A DNA stretch of 60,773 nt, taken from the IMG/VR virus record IMGVR_UViG_3300030107_004154, positions 1 to 60,773 of that record; one strand, 5' to 3'. The notes below the pieces were generated by a model that did no database searches, had not been told where the DNA came from, and was given only the letters and a program-made list of their open reading frames with translations. Source of the stretch: a virus. Its lineage: Duplodnaviria > Caudoviricetes. Positions 26,756 to 35,759 of this stretch are shown one piece after another (positions within the stretch are counted from its first letter, which is position 1; every line of letters begins with the position of its first letter). A program made the translations under genes and the position numbers.

Positions 26756-29700
26756 TTAAGGATTTACTACCGGTAATATATCTATAAGATGATTGACCCT
26801 GTCTGGTGGCATTATGCCTTCAGATAGTATCCATTCTAATGGTACGGAATTTTCTGCCTCTATCCCTGCGCCACCTGTTCTAGTTCCTTTTTTATGGGCA
26901 AGTTTAAGACCCGCACCATCTTTATCTTGTATTAATACAAACCTATCTTGGAGCTCAGAGATTGAAGTAACTGTTGCATCCCCTGCCCAAACATCATTCC
27001 AGTATTCAGCAAAAGAAGCTTCATCAGCAACACCAACCCAATTTTTAAGTGAGCCCCATACTCCCTCCCAGAAACCAACATCTCCCCATTCACTAGTAAC
27101 TACCATTAAGTCTTTAAGTGCATCTTTATCATACATCTCTACGAAAGTATGCAGGTTATCTGGTCTGTAACTACCCGCGCCAGGGGTCTTAGCTATCAGT
27201 CTGACATAATCCATGTCTGTAAAGGCAGGAAGCTGAGATTCATCTTTATATTTTCCAGAGGCTAATAATGCTGCTTTCCATTGTTCCTCAGCTATAGCAT
27301 ACATACCTGAGGTCCTACCAGTCTCCGCAACATTTAGTATTACCTGTTCGGATTCACTGTCAAACTTCTCAGAATCAAAGCCTGCGCCACCGAAAGATAC
27401 TACTCCGTCGTTGTCTATTGACATATTTCTAAAGTCCCAAGAACCTTTAAAGGTGTTCCATAAACCGTCTATATTAGTACCAATATCCTTTACTTTCTTC
27501 GCAAAAGCGGTTGCGCTTCCACTAGTTTGCTCAGATATAAACTTCTGCCACTCAAGGTTTAGCCTACTTGCATTTTGCTTTGTAACTACCTGTTGTCTTT
27601 TCTCCGTAGTGATGTCAGCTGGTCCTTTATTTATGTCGCCTGTTGTAATATAGTTAAATAGCCTCTCAGTAGCATCTTTTAGAGGCATGCCTAAAACCAT
27701 ACCAGTATGGTCTGAAAGAGCCATAGACATTAATAAAGATGTTTTATATGGATCTTTTACCTCTCCCCTATCTACTGCAGCTTTAAGGTCATCTGCGTTG
27801 TTTATCTTACTGCTCTCTAACCAGCTATCAATCCTAGCAATTGTCTCTGGACTAAACTTAGACTCGGCAAAAGTACCTTCTTCTCTCATCTTTTCTACAG
27901 CATCAGTAAGCTCTGAGCCTTCTAAACCTACCAAAGATGGAAACATCTCATTTAGAGTAAGAGTGGCTGGGCCTACTTCTTCAGTTTGTGTTGATGGGGA
28001 CGCCCCTTTCCTTTCTTCTAAAGTTTTAAAATCATAATTCCCTGTATCATTTGGGCCACCTGGGTAATTACCAGAAGCTATAATTGCTCTTAATTCACTT
28101 TCATGGATATTTGGACTACCGAGGGATTCCCATATTTGTTTATGCCCTTCTTCGTACCCCGGATAACTCCATGGAAATGGATTAGAAGTACGAGGGTTTA
28201 AAGGTCTATCTCCTGTAGAGAGTGGGGTATCAGCAAATTTATCGCCTTGCACAGGTGTGCCCGCCCCTCCATCAGGAGGTACCTGGTTCTGTAGGAGAAC
28301 TTGAGCATCCTCCGTTCCAGTCACAAAATCACCAAAATAATTTAAATCAAATGGGATTTCACCCTCCTTATCTTCTAACGCCCCTAGGTTTGAAAGGTCT
28401 TGTTGAACGGCTAATTGGTAGTTGTCGGCTAATACTCTTAAACGCTCAGGATCAGCTAGAAGGTCTTTCCAGTTTTGATCAAGCGTTGACCTAACTCCTT
28501 GTCCTTCTTCTGTATCTTGCCAATATTTAAACATTCCACTTACCACTCCATGTTTAGAGTTTATCCCATCAAGTGTACCCGATTCTTTTATTTTACTTAG
28601 CTCAGGAAAAAGTCTAAAAGGATCAACATGGCCCTGGTTTATATAGGTAGTTCCATGTCTACTGCTTGCTGCGTTAGAGGTCATAAAGCTTATCTTCTTA
28701 AGAGACTTTTCATATCTCTTTTGGTTTTGATTAAATACAATCCCTACTTGAGTAGTAGCATCTGGGTCCCCACTCACTGAAGTTATATTATTTAATTCAT
28801 TGTCTCTACGTTCTCTTCTTTCATTAGTCTGGGCATTTAATTCATCAATTTCTGATGTAAGGATAGCAGAAAGAGTTACCTTATCCCCTGGTATCACGTC
28901 GTCTGCGTTTTGACCATCCCTTCTTTGAGTAACGAGGGTATTTTCATAATCATCATATATATCATGATACGTTTGTCCCTGTTTACCCATACCCAGTGTT
29001 CCTCCATATGCGTCGGAATTTGAATTAAGTAGCTTTATTTCCGTGTAGTTTGGGTTATATCTGCTCTGAAGGTCATCTACAGCATCTTCTAACATAGTTG
29101 CGACTTGATTCCCACTAAGAACAAGAGCTACATCATCCTCTTTATCAGTTCTCCATCTAGAGAGTAAACTCCAGCCGTCTTGTTGGGTGTAAACTGGTAC
29201 CATAACGGCTGATTTTTGATTTCTACCACTGTCTATATCTTCTTTCCATTCTGCTAACTGGGTTGCTGTTCCTTTGACTTTTACCTCTCCAACCTGAGCT
29301 TTACCCTCTTTAACTTCTGGATCCTCGGCTGTAAAAAACTGATCCTCTGTTAAGAGGCCTTTTTCTTCTGCTTCTAATAAATGCGTTGGAATTTGACCCC
29401 TGACCATCATAGGGCGTCCATAAAATTGGTTCTTTTCTATTGAGTGTCCTCCTCCTGCATCTGTTTTAAGCCACTCTAACAAGTAGTCACTACTAAGAAG
29501 CTCAGCCATTTCGCTTTCTTTCACATTGCCGCTCATCATGTACTCTAGACCTCCCTCAGCGACCTTTAACGTTCCATCATCTCCAAGTTCGAAAATACCG
29601 TTTTCACCATTACTATCAACTGTAAGCTTCCCCGTTAATAACTCTGCACCTTCTGCTTCTTTATAGGCCTCATAGTCTTTTCTCATTATCTCTTGAGCGT

Positions 29701-29776
29701 ATTCGTCGTTTCGGGCTTTACGTATATTTTGAGAGGTTTCTACCCCTTTTTGAAATGATGCCAGTGCGTTACTCAT
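26756..29776 (-). CDS. Internal virion (ejection) protein
   Basis: 1006 aa acidic ORF in the ejection-protein position; N-terminus ASFQKGVETSQ. Confidence 0.55.
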   Translation of the reverse strand: MSNALASFQKGVETSQNIRKARNDEYAQEIMRKDYEAYKEAEGAELLTGKLTVDSNGENGIFELGDDGTLKVAEGGLEYMMSGNVKESEMAELLSSDYLLEWLKTDAGGGHSIEKNQFYGRPMMVRGQIPTHLLEAEEKGLLTEDQFFTAEDPEVKEGKAQVGEVKVKGTATQLAEWKEDIDSGRNQKSAVMVPVYTQQDGWSLLSRWRTDKEDDVALVLSGNQVATMLEDAVDDLQSRYNPNYTEIKLLNSNSDAYGGTLGMGKQGQTYHDIYDDYENTLVTQRRDGQNADDVIPGDKVTLSAILTSEIDELNAQTNERRERRDNELNNITSVSGDPDATTQVGIVFNQNQKRYEKSLKKISFMTSNAASSRHGTTYINQGHVDPFRLFPELSKIKESGTLDGINSKHGVVSGMFKYWQDTEEGQGVRSTLDQNWKDLLADPERLRVLADNYQLAVQQDLSNLGALEDKEGEIPFDLNYFGDFVTGTEDAQVLLQNQVPPDGGAGTPVQGDKFADTPLSTGDRPLNPRTSNPFPWSYPGYEEGHKQIWESLGSPNIHESELRAIIASGNYPGGPNDTGNYDFKTLEERKGASPSTQTEEVGPATLTLNEMFPSLVGLEGSELTDAVEKMREEGTFAESKFSPETIARIDSWLESSKINNADDLKAAVDRGEVKDPYKTSLLMSMALSDHTGMVLGMPLKDATERLFNYITTGDINKGPADITTEKRQQVVTKQNASRLNLEWQKFISEQTSGSATAFAKKVKDIGTNIDGLWNTFKGSWDFRNMSIDNDGVVSFGGAGFDSEKFDSESEQVILNVAETGRTSGMYAIAEEQWKAALLASGKYKDESQLPAFTDMDYVRLIAKTPGAGSYRPDNLHTFVEMYDKDALKDLMVVTSEWGDVGFWEGVWGSLKNWVGVADEASFAEYWNDVWAGDATVTSISELQDRFVLIQDKDGAGLKLAHKKGTRTGGAGIEAENSVPLEWILSEGIMPPDRVNHLIDILPVVNP

Positions 29777-29786
29777 ATTTTATTCC

Positions 29787-30398
29787 TTAAATAAAGAAAG
29801 AAGCTAAAAGAGCTCCTGCTGCTCCAGTTGCGAATTGTCTTTTCTGCATTGAATACCCGTGTCGTGCTTGGGCGTAAGCTTGTGACCTAGCATTTGCATT
29901 TGCTGCAGCCCCACCTAGTTGGCTTAAATTGTCTCTATTTAGCCCTAAGCTCATATTCATTAGCTGATTTCTTGTACTATTTTGAAGGTCCCTGTCTGCT
30001 AATTTTGCTTGATTAATTGCACCCGCAGTAGACAGTGCGTTACCACGTTGTACAGCTCTTTCTTGTTCTTGTAGTTGGGCAGCAGAAAGGCCCCCACCTC
30101 CATACCTAGCTAAATTTCTAGCCCGTATGCCTTTATTTTTTTCTATCTCCATAGGAGTATCTTGTCTTACTAGGTCTTCTATTGGGGTATCATCTAAGGA
30201 ATCAATCAGCCTATTCTCAAAATCTCTATAATTTTTTATATAGTCATCATATTGCTGCCTGACGATACCGGCATAAGCTTTATCGGGATCTGCTACATTT
30301 GGGTAGTTTGAAGTATTATAATACCCAGCTTGCTCGTCCTCCCAGCCATATACCCTTCCTAAATTTCTTCCTAAGTTATTCCACAAAGCATTACTCAT
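29787..30398 (-). CDS. Internal virion protein
   Basis: A/Q/G-rich helical protein with hydrophobic C-end. Confidence 0.55.
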   Translation of the reverse strand: MSNALWNNLGRNLGRVYGWEDEQAGYYNTSNYPNVADPDKAYAGIVRQQYDDYIKNYRDFENRLIDSLDDTPIEDLVRQDTPMEIEKNKGIRARNLARYGGGGLSAAQLQEQERAVQRGNALSTAGAINQAKLADRDLQNSTRNQLMNMSLGLNRDNLSQLGGAAANANARSQAYAQARHGYSMQKRQFATGAAGALLASFFI

Positions 30399-30408
30399 AA
30401 TTATATTC

Positions 30409-31092
30409 CTACCACTTTAATGTTACATTACGCCACAAACTACGCCCTTTTGCTCGTTCTTCATCAGACTCTGGCCTATCCTTTTCATATATACCACTAT
30501 ATGTTCTATAGTCTTTTCGTCTACTATTTTTGAATTCGCCAGTTTTTGGATCCTTCTTTCCACCACCCCAAAAAGTATAGCCCTTCGCCAGATTGTCTTG
30601 GCCCGCGTCCCAAGCAGCCCCAGCTAGCTCGAAAGCGCTTTGTACATTCTGATCTCGGCTTTCTAACTTTCTTTGTGCGCTTGCTAAGACGTTTCTTGTC
30701 TCCATATCCGCTAAGCCAGCTAAACGAGTCTGAGACTCTGACTTTAAACCATGTCCGTAAGAGAGTACATTCAACTGCGTATCTTTTTTAGTAGCTTCCC
30801 CCACACTTGCGGCACCCACATAGGCGTCTAACCCAGCTGACGCCCTATCTGCAGACGCATCTACCGATTGAGTAGCTTGTAAACTAGGTTTATCTAACAT
30901 TTGTGAAACATCTGCACCCGATACTCCCGCAGCATATGAAGTAAAATCTTCTTTTTCTGACCTATCTCTTTCATGTAAAGCTAATGGCCCATACTTTTCT
31001 CGTCTATAGGCTTCTTCGGAAACTGCAATACCAGCACTCACCTTTTCGGCTTCACTAGCTTTGTAATCTGATGCTTTTGGTTTACCGCCCAT
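30409..31092 (-). CDS. Internal virion protein
   Basis: MGGKPK N-terminus and Ala-rich helices, typical of the first small ejection protein. Confidence 0.55.
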   Translation of the reverse strand: MGGKPKASDYKASEAEKVSAGIAVSEEAYRREKYGPLALHERDRSEKEDFTSYAAGVSGADVSQMLDKPSLQATQSVDASADRASAGLDAYVGAASVGEATKKDTQLNVLSYGHGLKSESQTRLAGLADMETRNVLASAQRKLESRDQNVQSAFELAGAAWDAGQDNLAKGYTFWGGGKKDPKTGEFKNSRRKDYRTYSGIYEKDRPESDEERAKGRSLWRNVTLKW

Positions 31093-31531
31093 TTATTTTC
31101 TTCCTATATATTCTTGTTTCTAAATTCCATCCTATGTCTTTAACATAAGTCTCCATTTCTGGGACCCTGGACCTCGCTTCAATATACTTACAACCAGCAT
31201 CTTTAGCAAGGCTCATTACCCAATCTTCATGAGGCATCCAATGATGTCCTCCTTTATTATAAGTATACGCTATCCATATAAGCAATGTCTTGTCTTTTGT
31301 AAACTGATCAACTTCTATTGTCAGTACTCCAAAACCTACAGGGGATGTGTAAAGAAAGGCTCTTTCGTTTACACACTCGCTGTAAACATCTTCAGGAATA
31401 AAAGAAAGATAAGGATTCTCTTTTAAAATTTCCTCGATTCCTGGTTTTATTCGATCCCAACAACTTCTTATATCTGTAAGTTTTGGGGGAATAAAATCGT
31501 TAGTAATCGATCTCCTTTCCGTATCTTCCAT
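31082..31531 (-). CDS. GNAT-fold-like virion assembly protein
   Basis: LLIWIAY...AKDAGCKYIEARSR...GW pattern; position before ejection genes. Confidence 0.5.
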   Translation of the reverse strand: MEDTERRSITNDFIPPKLTDIRSCWDRIKPGIEEILKENPYLSFIPEDVYSECVNERAFLYTSPVGFGVLTIEVDQFTKDKTLLIWIAYTYNKGGHHWMPHEDWVMSLAKDAGCKYIEARSRVPEMETYVKDIGWNLETRIYRKKINGR

Positions 31532-32180
31532 ACCTCCTCCTGGGTAATCCTATTCCTTTATACTTAACTGTTCTTTTTACGCCGAGGTCTCCACCTCTAG
31601 CTCTTAATTCGGCTTGTCTTACTTCTTGCCCAAACTGATATAAATATTCTTGGGCCGCATTAATATCACTCCAAGCTTTATTAGGCATCCTTAAAAGCCG
31701 ATATAGTGCCCCATAGATAATCCCATCTCTATAATTATTAGCAAAATCTGTATCTATATTATTTGAAGTCCTTGTTGGTTTTAATGCCACTCCCATAATC
31801 AAAGAGCTTGTTTTTGATGCGCTTGGCACAGGCACAACCCAAAAAGTATCAGGGGATTTTTGTAAGTAGACATAAGGCTGACCAGTTCGATCTCTCCAAT
31901 CTGGGTAATTTAATTCTAAACTACGGGGACTAATAGGATCCATATCTTTCCCGTCATATACCATATAGAGAATTTGATGAACGTCTGTACCACTTGGTTG
32001 GTCAAAATCATATTCATAAACCCCAGAAATAGTACTAATTGGGTCTAAGTCGAATTTATAAGCCTTGGTTCGCTCACAAAGATCAATAGTAGCGGAACGT
32101 ATATTATCAGCTACTAAGCTATCTGGGCACTCTGGCACATATGGTAAAACTTCTTTAACTAAGGAAGCAAAGGTTGCCAC
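31500..32180 (-). CDS. Head-tail adaptor protein
   Basis: VLPYVPECPD..IRSATIDLCERT, IIYGALYRLLRMP.KAWSD; GTG start. Confidence 0.65.
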   Translation of the reverse strand: MATFASLVKEVLPYVPECPDSLVADNIRSATIDLCERTKAYKFDLDPISTISGVYEYDFDQPSGTDVHQILYMVYDGKDMDPISPRSLELNYPDWRDRTGQPYVYLQKSPDTFWVVPVPSASKTSSLIMGVALKPTRTSNNIDTDFANNYRDGIIYGALYRLLRMPNKAWSDINAAQEYLYQFGQEVRQAELRARGGDLGVKRTVKYKGIGLPRRRYGRYGKEIDY

Positions 32181-32183
32181 AGT

Positions 32184-32900
32184 TTACCCCCCTGCCACAG
32201 GTGGAACAGAAGCAGCCGAAAGTCTATCATTGTTTGGACTTACAATCTGTGCCGCTTGCGCCCCGCCCCCAACACTATTTGTAAACAAAGTATAATGAGA
32301 TTGAGCTCTAGCTTCATTACCAGCGAACTCAGCGTCTTTCATATAACACCTATACAATACAAAATCGACAATTGCGTTACCATAAATATCATCTACTGCA
32401 ATAGTCGCACTAGTACTACCTAAATCTGAAGGGGCCGCAGAATAAACAATTTCTATGAAAGTACTCGTACTGGATGCTCCTGGATAAACATAGAATGACC
32501 TAGGATCATCTTCATCAAAAACGTAGTGTTTTACTGTAGTAGTATGTGCCGCATCTCCTGAAACAGTTGGATCATGCCAATTAGGTTCTTGTGAATCTAA
32601 AATATCTCTATCAACGATGCGGATTGCCCTCTTTCCTGAGGCACCACCGGAAGCATCAGACATATTTCTTGTGATTTTAATAAGCCTAAGCCCGCCCGTA
32701 GGTAGCGACTGTTTAGTACCAACAACAAGTGCCGTATTAGCAGTAGTTGCCGTAGATTCTGGTTTTAAATTAACTATCTCTCTTTGAGCATCATTAATAT
32801 ACCGAAGCAATTCAGCTTCTAGCCATCTAACCCCTGTAGTATCTTGTAGTGTATCTTGTATTCTACTAATAAGGTTAGCACCTGTCAGTGTCCCTGCCAT
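32184..32900 (-). CDS. Head-tail adaptor protein (DUF6682-like)
   Basis: LQD..GVRW.EAELLRYINDAQREI, AIVDFVLYRCYMKDAE. Confidence 0.7.
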   Translation of the reverse strand: MAGTLTGANLISRIQDTLQDTTGVRWLEAELLRYINDAQREIVNLKPESTATTANTALVVGTKQSLPTGGLRLIKITRNMSDASGGASGKRAIRIVDRDILDSQEPNWHDPTVSGDAAHTTTVKHYVFDEDDPRSFYVYPGASSTSTFIEIVYSAAPSDLGSTSATIAVDDIYGNAIVDFVLYRCYMKDAEFAGNEARAQSHYTLFTNSVGGGAQAAQIVSPNNDRLSAASVPPVAGG

Positions 32901-32906
32901 AATTTA

Positions 32907-33245
32907 TTACTCCGCTGCTTTTAACTCTTCAATTAAAGCTGCTTTCTTTTTGCGTCTATCAAGCTCTATCCCAATAGTACGACCATACTCTTCTAATTGT
33001 ATTTTAGTCATGCTATCAAGGTCTATTGAATCTTCTCCTACTGGAGCCTCTTCTATTGGAGCTTCTTCTATTGGGGCTTCTTCCTTAATTGGAGTTTCTT
33101 TTATTCCTTTAACTTCCGTACACCCTTGTTGTAACGCAAGAAGCGCTATATCATCACCCACTTCTTTAGGTACACCCGCCTCTAACCGAATGGATGCTCC
33201 CCAAGTTGTGGTTATGTATTTATCTTCATCTGCAACTATTATCAT
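32907..33245 (-). CDS. Small protein with C-terminal Rho-N/HeH-like motif
   Basis: LDSMTKIQLEEYGRTIGIELDRRKKKAALIEEL; EEAPI repeats. Confidence 0.65.
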   Translation of the reverse strand: MIIVADEDKYITTTWGASIRLEAGVPKEVGDDIALLALQQGCTEVKGIKETPIKEEAPIEEAPIEEAPVGEDSIDLDSMTKIQLEEYGRTIGIELDRRKKKAALIEELKAAE

Positions 33246-33268
33246 AATTTTCTCCTAAAATTTTTTAA

Positions 33269-33298
33269 TTATAGGTGGCCCCGAAAGACCACCTATAA
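33269..33298 (-). terminator. Stem-loop just downstream of the major capsid gene
   Basis: Minus strand TTATAGGTGGTC-T-TTCG-G-GGCCACCTATAA with UUCG loop; lacks a good U-tract, so it may be an mRNA-stabilising or attenuating hairpin. Confidence 0.55.
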
Positions 33299-33310
33299 AA
33301 TATAACACAA

Positions 33311-34456
33311 TTAGTATGCTACATCTAATCTTATAACACCGAAGTCTTCATTTTGACCTGAGTGGTCACTGTTAAAGACTGGCTTCTTAAGACCAAATAT
33401 CTTACCAATTGAAATACCGTTCTGGTTGCCATAGTCGAAAGTATCTTCAACTATCTCTGGAATACCAATATCGGCCATCGCTAATGCTTGAGCTCCGCAG
33501 AATAAACATGCAGAACCATTAATATCAGCGTCAGCACCCCATTTGTATCCGGCTGAACCAGCATTTGATGAGGTTCCAGTCGTAGCGCCAGATGTATTAA
33601 ATACATGTCTGAACTCATGGACCATAATCCCATCAACCATTAAGCTAGAAGAACCAGCGAACAGGCTGTTGCCTGGTCCTCTGACTCCAGCATTTCTTAC
33701 GTTAGCTAAGAAATCTGAATCTAGTTTAAGGTCAGCCATTACTTGTGGAGTAACGAAAAGATGGAACATCTCATCATTACCTGCGCTTCTTATACCTCTC
33801 ATATATTGATCTTTAGCATATGCTTTAAGATCAACAAGAGATTTATAGCTAATAGTGTCAGCTGCTGCTACCGCAGTAACATCACCAGCCACTAGGCCGC
33901 TTGTAGCATCCCATCTTCTATGTCTATTAGACGTAGGGGCAGATACATCACCAGAGAATGCTAAGTCACCAAGGTTCTGTCCTGAAGTCATGACAGACCT
34001 TAATGCACCAGTATTCTTTTGTGTGTAAGCTACACCACTTAAAGATAAAAATGCTAATTGGTCAATTCTATCCGCCATTGCATAAGCAAGGGCATCTCTA
34101 GAATGTTCCCTAAAATTCACAACTGATTTTTGATCAGCTAATCTACCAGATAGTCTATTAGCAAATCTTAATTGATCAAGTTGTACTACGATGTCGTAAG
34201 CTCTTAATGCTTCTTCATTACCTTCGAGAGTGTTGTCTCCAACAATACCGTCACCAGTCATGTCAGCTAAAAGTGTTAATACTGCTCTAGCTCCCTTTTC
34301 TGATTGGGTCAGTTCAGATATTCTCTGAACCATTGCGTTAGATCCACTACCCGCGAATTGGTTAATGAATGACATATTTCGAGCTACACGCCAGAAATCG
34401 CGTGACCAGATTGTCAATTGTTCGCTGGTCAACGCGGCAAAATTTGTATTTGCCAT
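33311..34456 (-). CDS. Major capsid protein (N4-gp56/DUF4043-like)
   Basis: GDNTLEGNEEAL, DQLRFANR, LFCGAQAL, FDYGNQNGISIGKIFGLKK, EDFGVI; strong SD GGAG. Confidence 0.88.
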   Translation of the reverse strand: MANTNFAALTSEQLTIWSRDFWRVARNMSFINQFAGSGSNAMVQRISELTQSEKGARAVLTLLADMTGDGIVGDNTLEGNEEALRAYDIVVQLDQLRFANRLSGRLADQKSVVNFREHSRDALAYAMADRIDQLAFLSLSGVAYTQKNTGALRSVMTSGQNLGDLAFSGDVSAPTSNRHRRWDATSGLVAGDVTAVAAADTISYKSLVDLKAYAKDQYMRGIRSAGNDEMFHLFVTPQVMADLKLDSDFLANVRNAGVRGPGNSLFAGSSSLMVDGIMVHEFRHVFNTSGATTGTSSNAGSAGYKWGADADINGSACLFCGAQALAMADIGIPEIVEDTFDYGNQNGISIGKIFGLKKPVFNSDHSGQNEDFGVIRLDVAY

Positions 34457-34673
34457 AATAATGTCTCCATTAATTAAAATTATTAACCAGTCGACTTATT
34501 GGAGCGACTATTTATCCGTGTACCCTTTATCGTTGGGGTGACGCTCTCGTATATTTAACGGGTACGAACCCGGCTGTTTTTACGCCTTAGCAGGCGATTT
34601 TACGATTTTTTACTGGAACGACCCAGGTTAGATATCGCTCTAACATGCGAAACTTATTATTTTATAACATACT
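34457..34673 (-). ncRNA. Candidate structured 5' leader RNA of the capsid gene (several pseudoknots)
   Basis: 217-nt non-coding gap with TGTTATAAAAT extended -10 at its 5' end and multiple complementary segments (see findings). Confidence 0.5.
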
Positions 34674-35759
34674 TTATCCGAAATCGCCACGCATTCTTCG
34701 AACTGTCTCTTCCGGTAAAGCATCAAATTCATCGGCAGAAAGCAAATCAACATCTATCTTTTTATCTACTTTATTTTTACCTTTCATAGCAGGTGGTTGA
34801 GATTCAGAAGCTTCTATCTTCTTATTTGTATTAGCCACTTTTTTCTTCTCTTGCACCTTTTTTTCTACCTTAGTATCAGGTTTAACATCTTCTACTATAG
34901 AAGGTGGCACTATATAATCTGCTGCTTTTTGTAAAGCATCTGCAGGCGCATGTCCCTGTGTCATAAAAGCATCTCTCAGGTCTAAAACTTCTTGAGTTTT
35001 TACTTGATCAAAATCTTTATGGGTTTCATCTAATTCTGGAAACTTAGTCGCAAGTTCTACAGCTTTCGCTTGAAGTTGCATAGTCTCTGCACTCTGTTCT
35101 ACAGTTTTTCCTGCCATATTTTGCATTTCAAACAGCATTTGATCTTTTTCTGCTGCTCTAATCTCAGCACGTAACTTAGCAGCATCATCTGTTTTACCAT
35201 TTAAAATAAGGTCCTGATACTCTACTTCTTTTGTATCAAAATCAAACTCAGGTGCTTTTTCCATTTTTTCTGGAGCAGGGTTTTTAAGTTCATCAACTTG
35301 TCTTTGTAAAGCTTTTTGTTTAGAAAGTACTTCATCAAACCTAGACTTAGGGATCATTGGTTCTTTATCACTTGTGTCCTTTGTTTCAGAAGTTGCTTCT
35401 TCATCTCCTCCCTCAGGTTGTCGTGTATCGTCTGTAGATTCTTCTGATACTCCTTCTGGGCTATCGCTTTCTGTTCCCTCTCCTTCAGTTTCTTCAACCG
35501 GTTCTTCTCCCTCCGGCTCTTCCCCTTCTGGTGATTCTTCTTCAGCCTGTTCTGGCTCTGACTCTTCTGCTTCTTCAACTTCTTCTTCCTCCGTGACTTC
35601 TTCCGCGTCTTCTGCTTTAGGTTCTTCTTCAAAATTCAGATCAACATCAAAAGGTTTAACGTCTTCATCTGTTACTTTATCTGCTCCTGGGATACCGTCA
35701 TAGACAACATCTAAATTATCTTCGACTTCGGGTGCTTTCGCTTTCTTCTTTTTTGCCAT
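34674..35759 (-). CDS. Capsid scaffolding protein
   Basis: Very acidic N-half, MIPKSRFDEV motif, coiled coil; between portal and capsid genes. Confidence 0.75.
   Translation of the reverse strand: MAKKKKAKAPEVEDNLDVVYDGIPGADKVTDEDVKPFDVDLNFEEEPKAEDAEEVTEEEEVEEAEESEPEQAEEESPEGEEPEGEEPVEETEGEGTESDSPEGVSEESTDDTRQPEGGDEEATSETKDTSDKEPMIPKSRFDEVLSKQKALQRQVDELKNPAPEKMEKAPEFDFDTKEVEYQDLILNGKTDDAAKLRAEIRAAEKDQMLFEMQNMAGKTVEQSAETMQLQAKAVELATKFPELDETHKDFDQVKTQEVLDLRDAFMTQGHAPADALQKAADYIVPPSIVEDVKPDTKVEKKVQEKKKVANTNKKIEASESQPPAMKGKNKVDKKIDVDLLSADEFDALPEETVRRMRGDFG

Noticed and set aside
20915-29776. N4-type virion RNA polymerase
   Set aside because: Proteins are much shorter than N4 vRNAP and I saw no T7-like or double-psi-barrel catalytic motifs; a very divergent enzyme cannot be excluded without structure prediction
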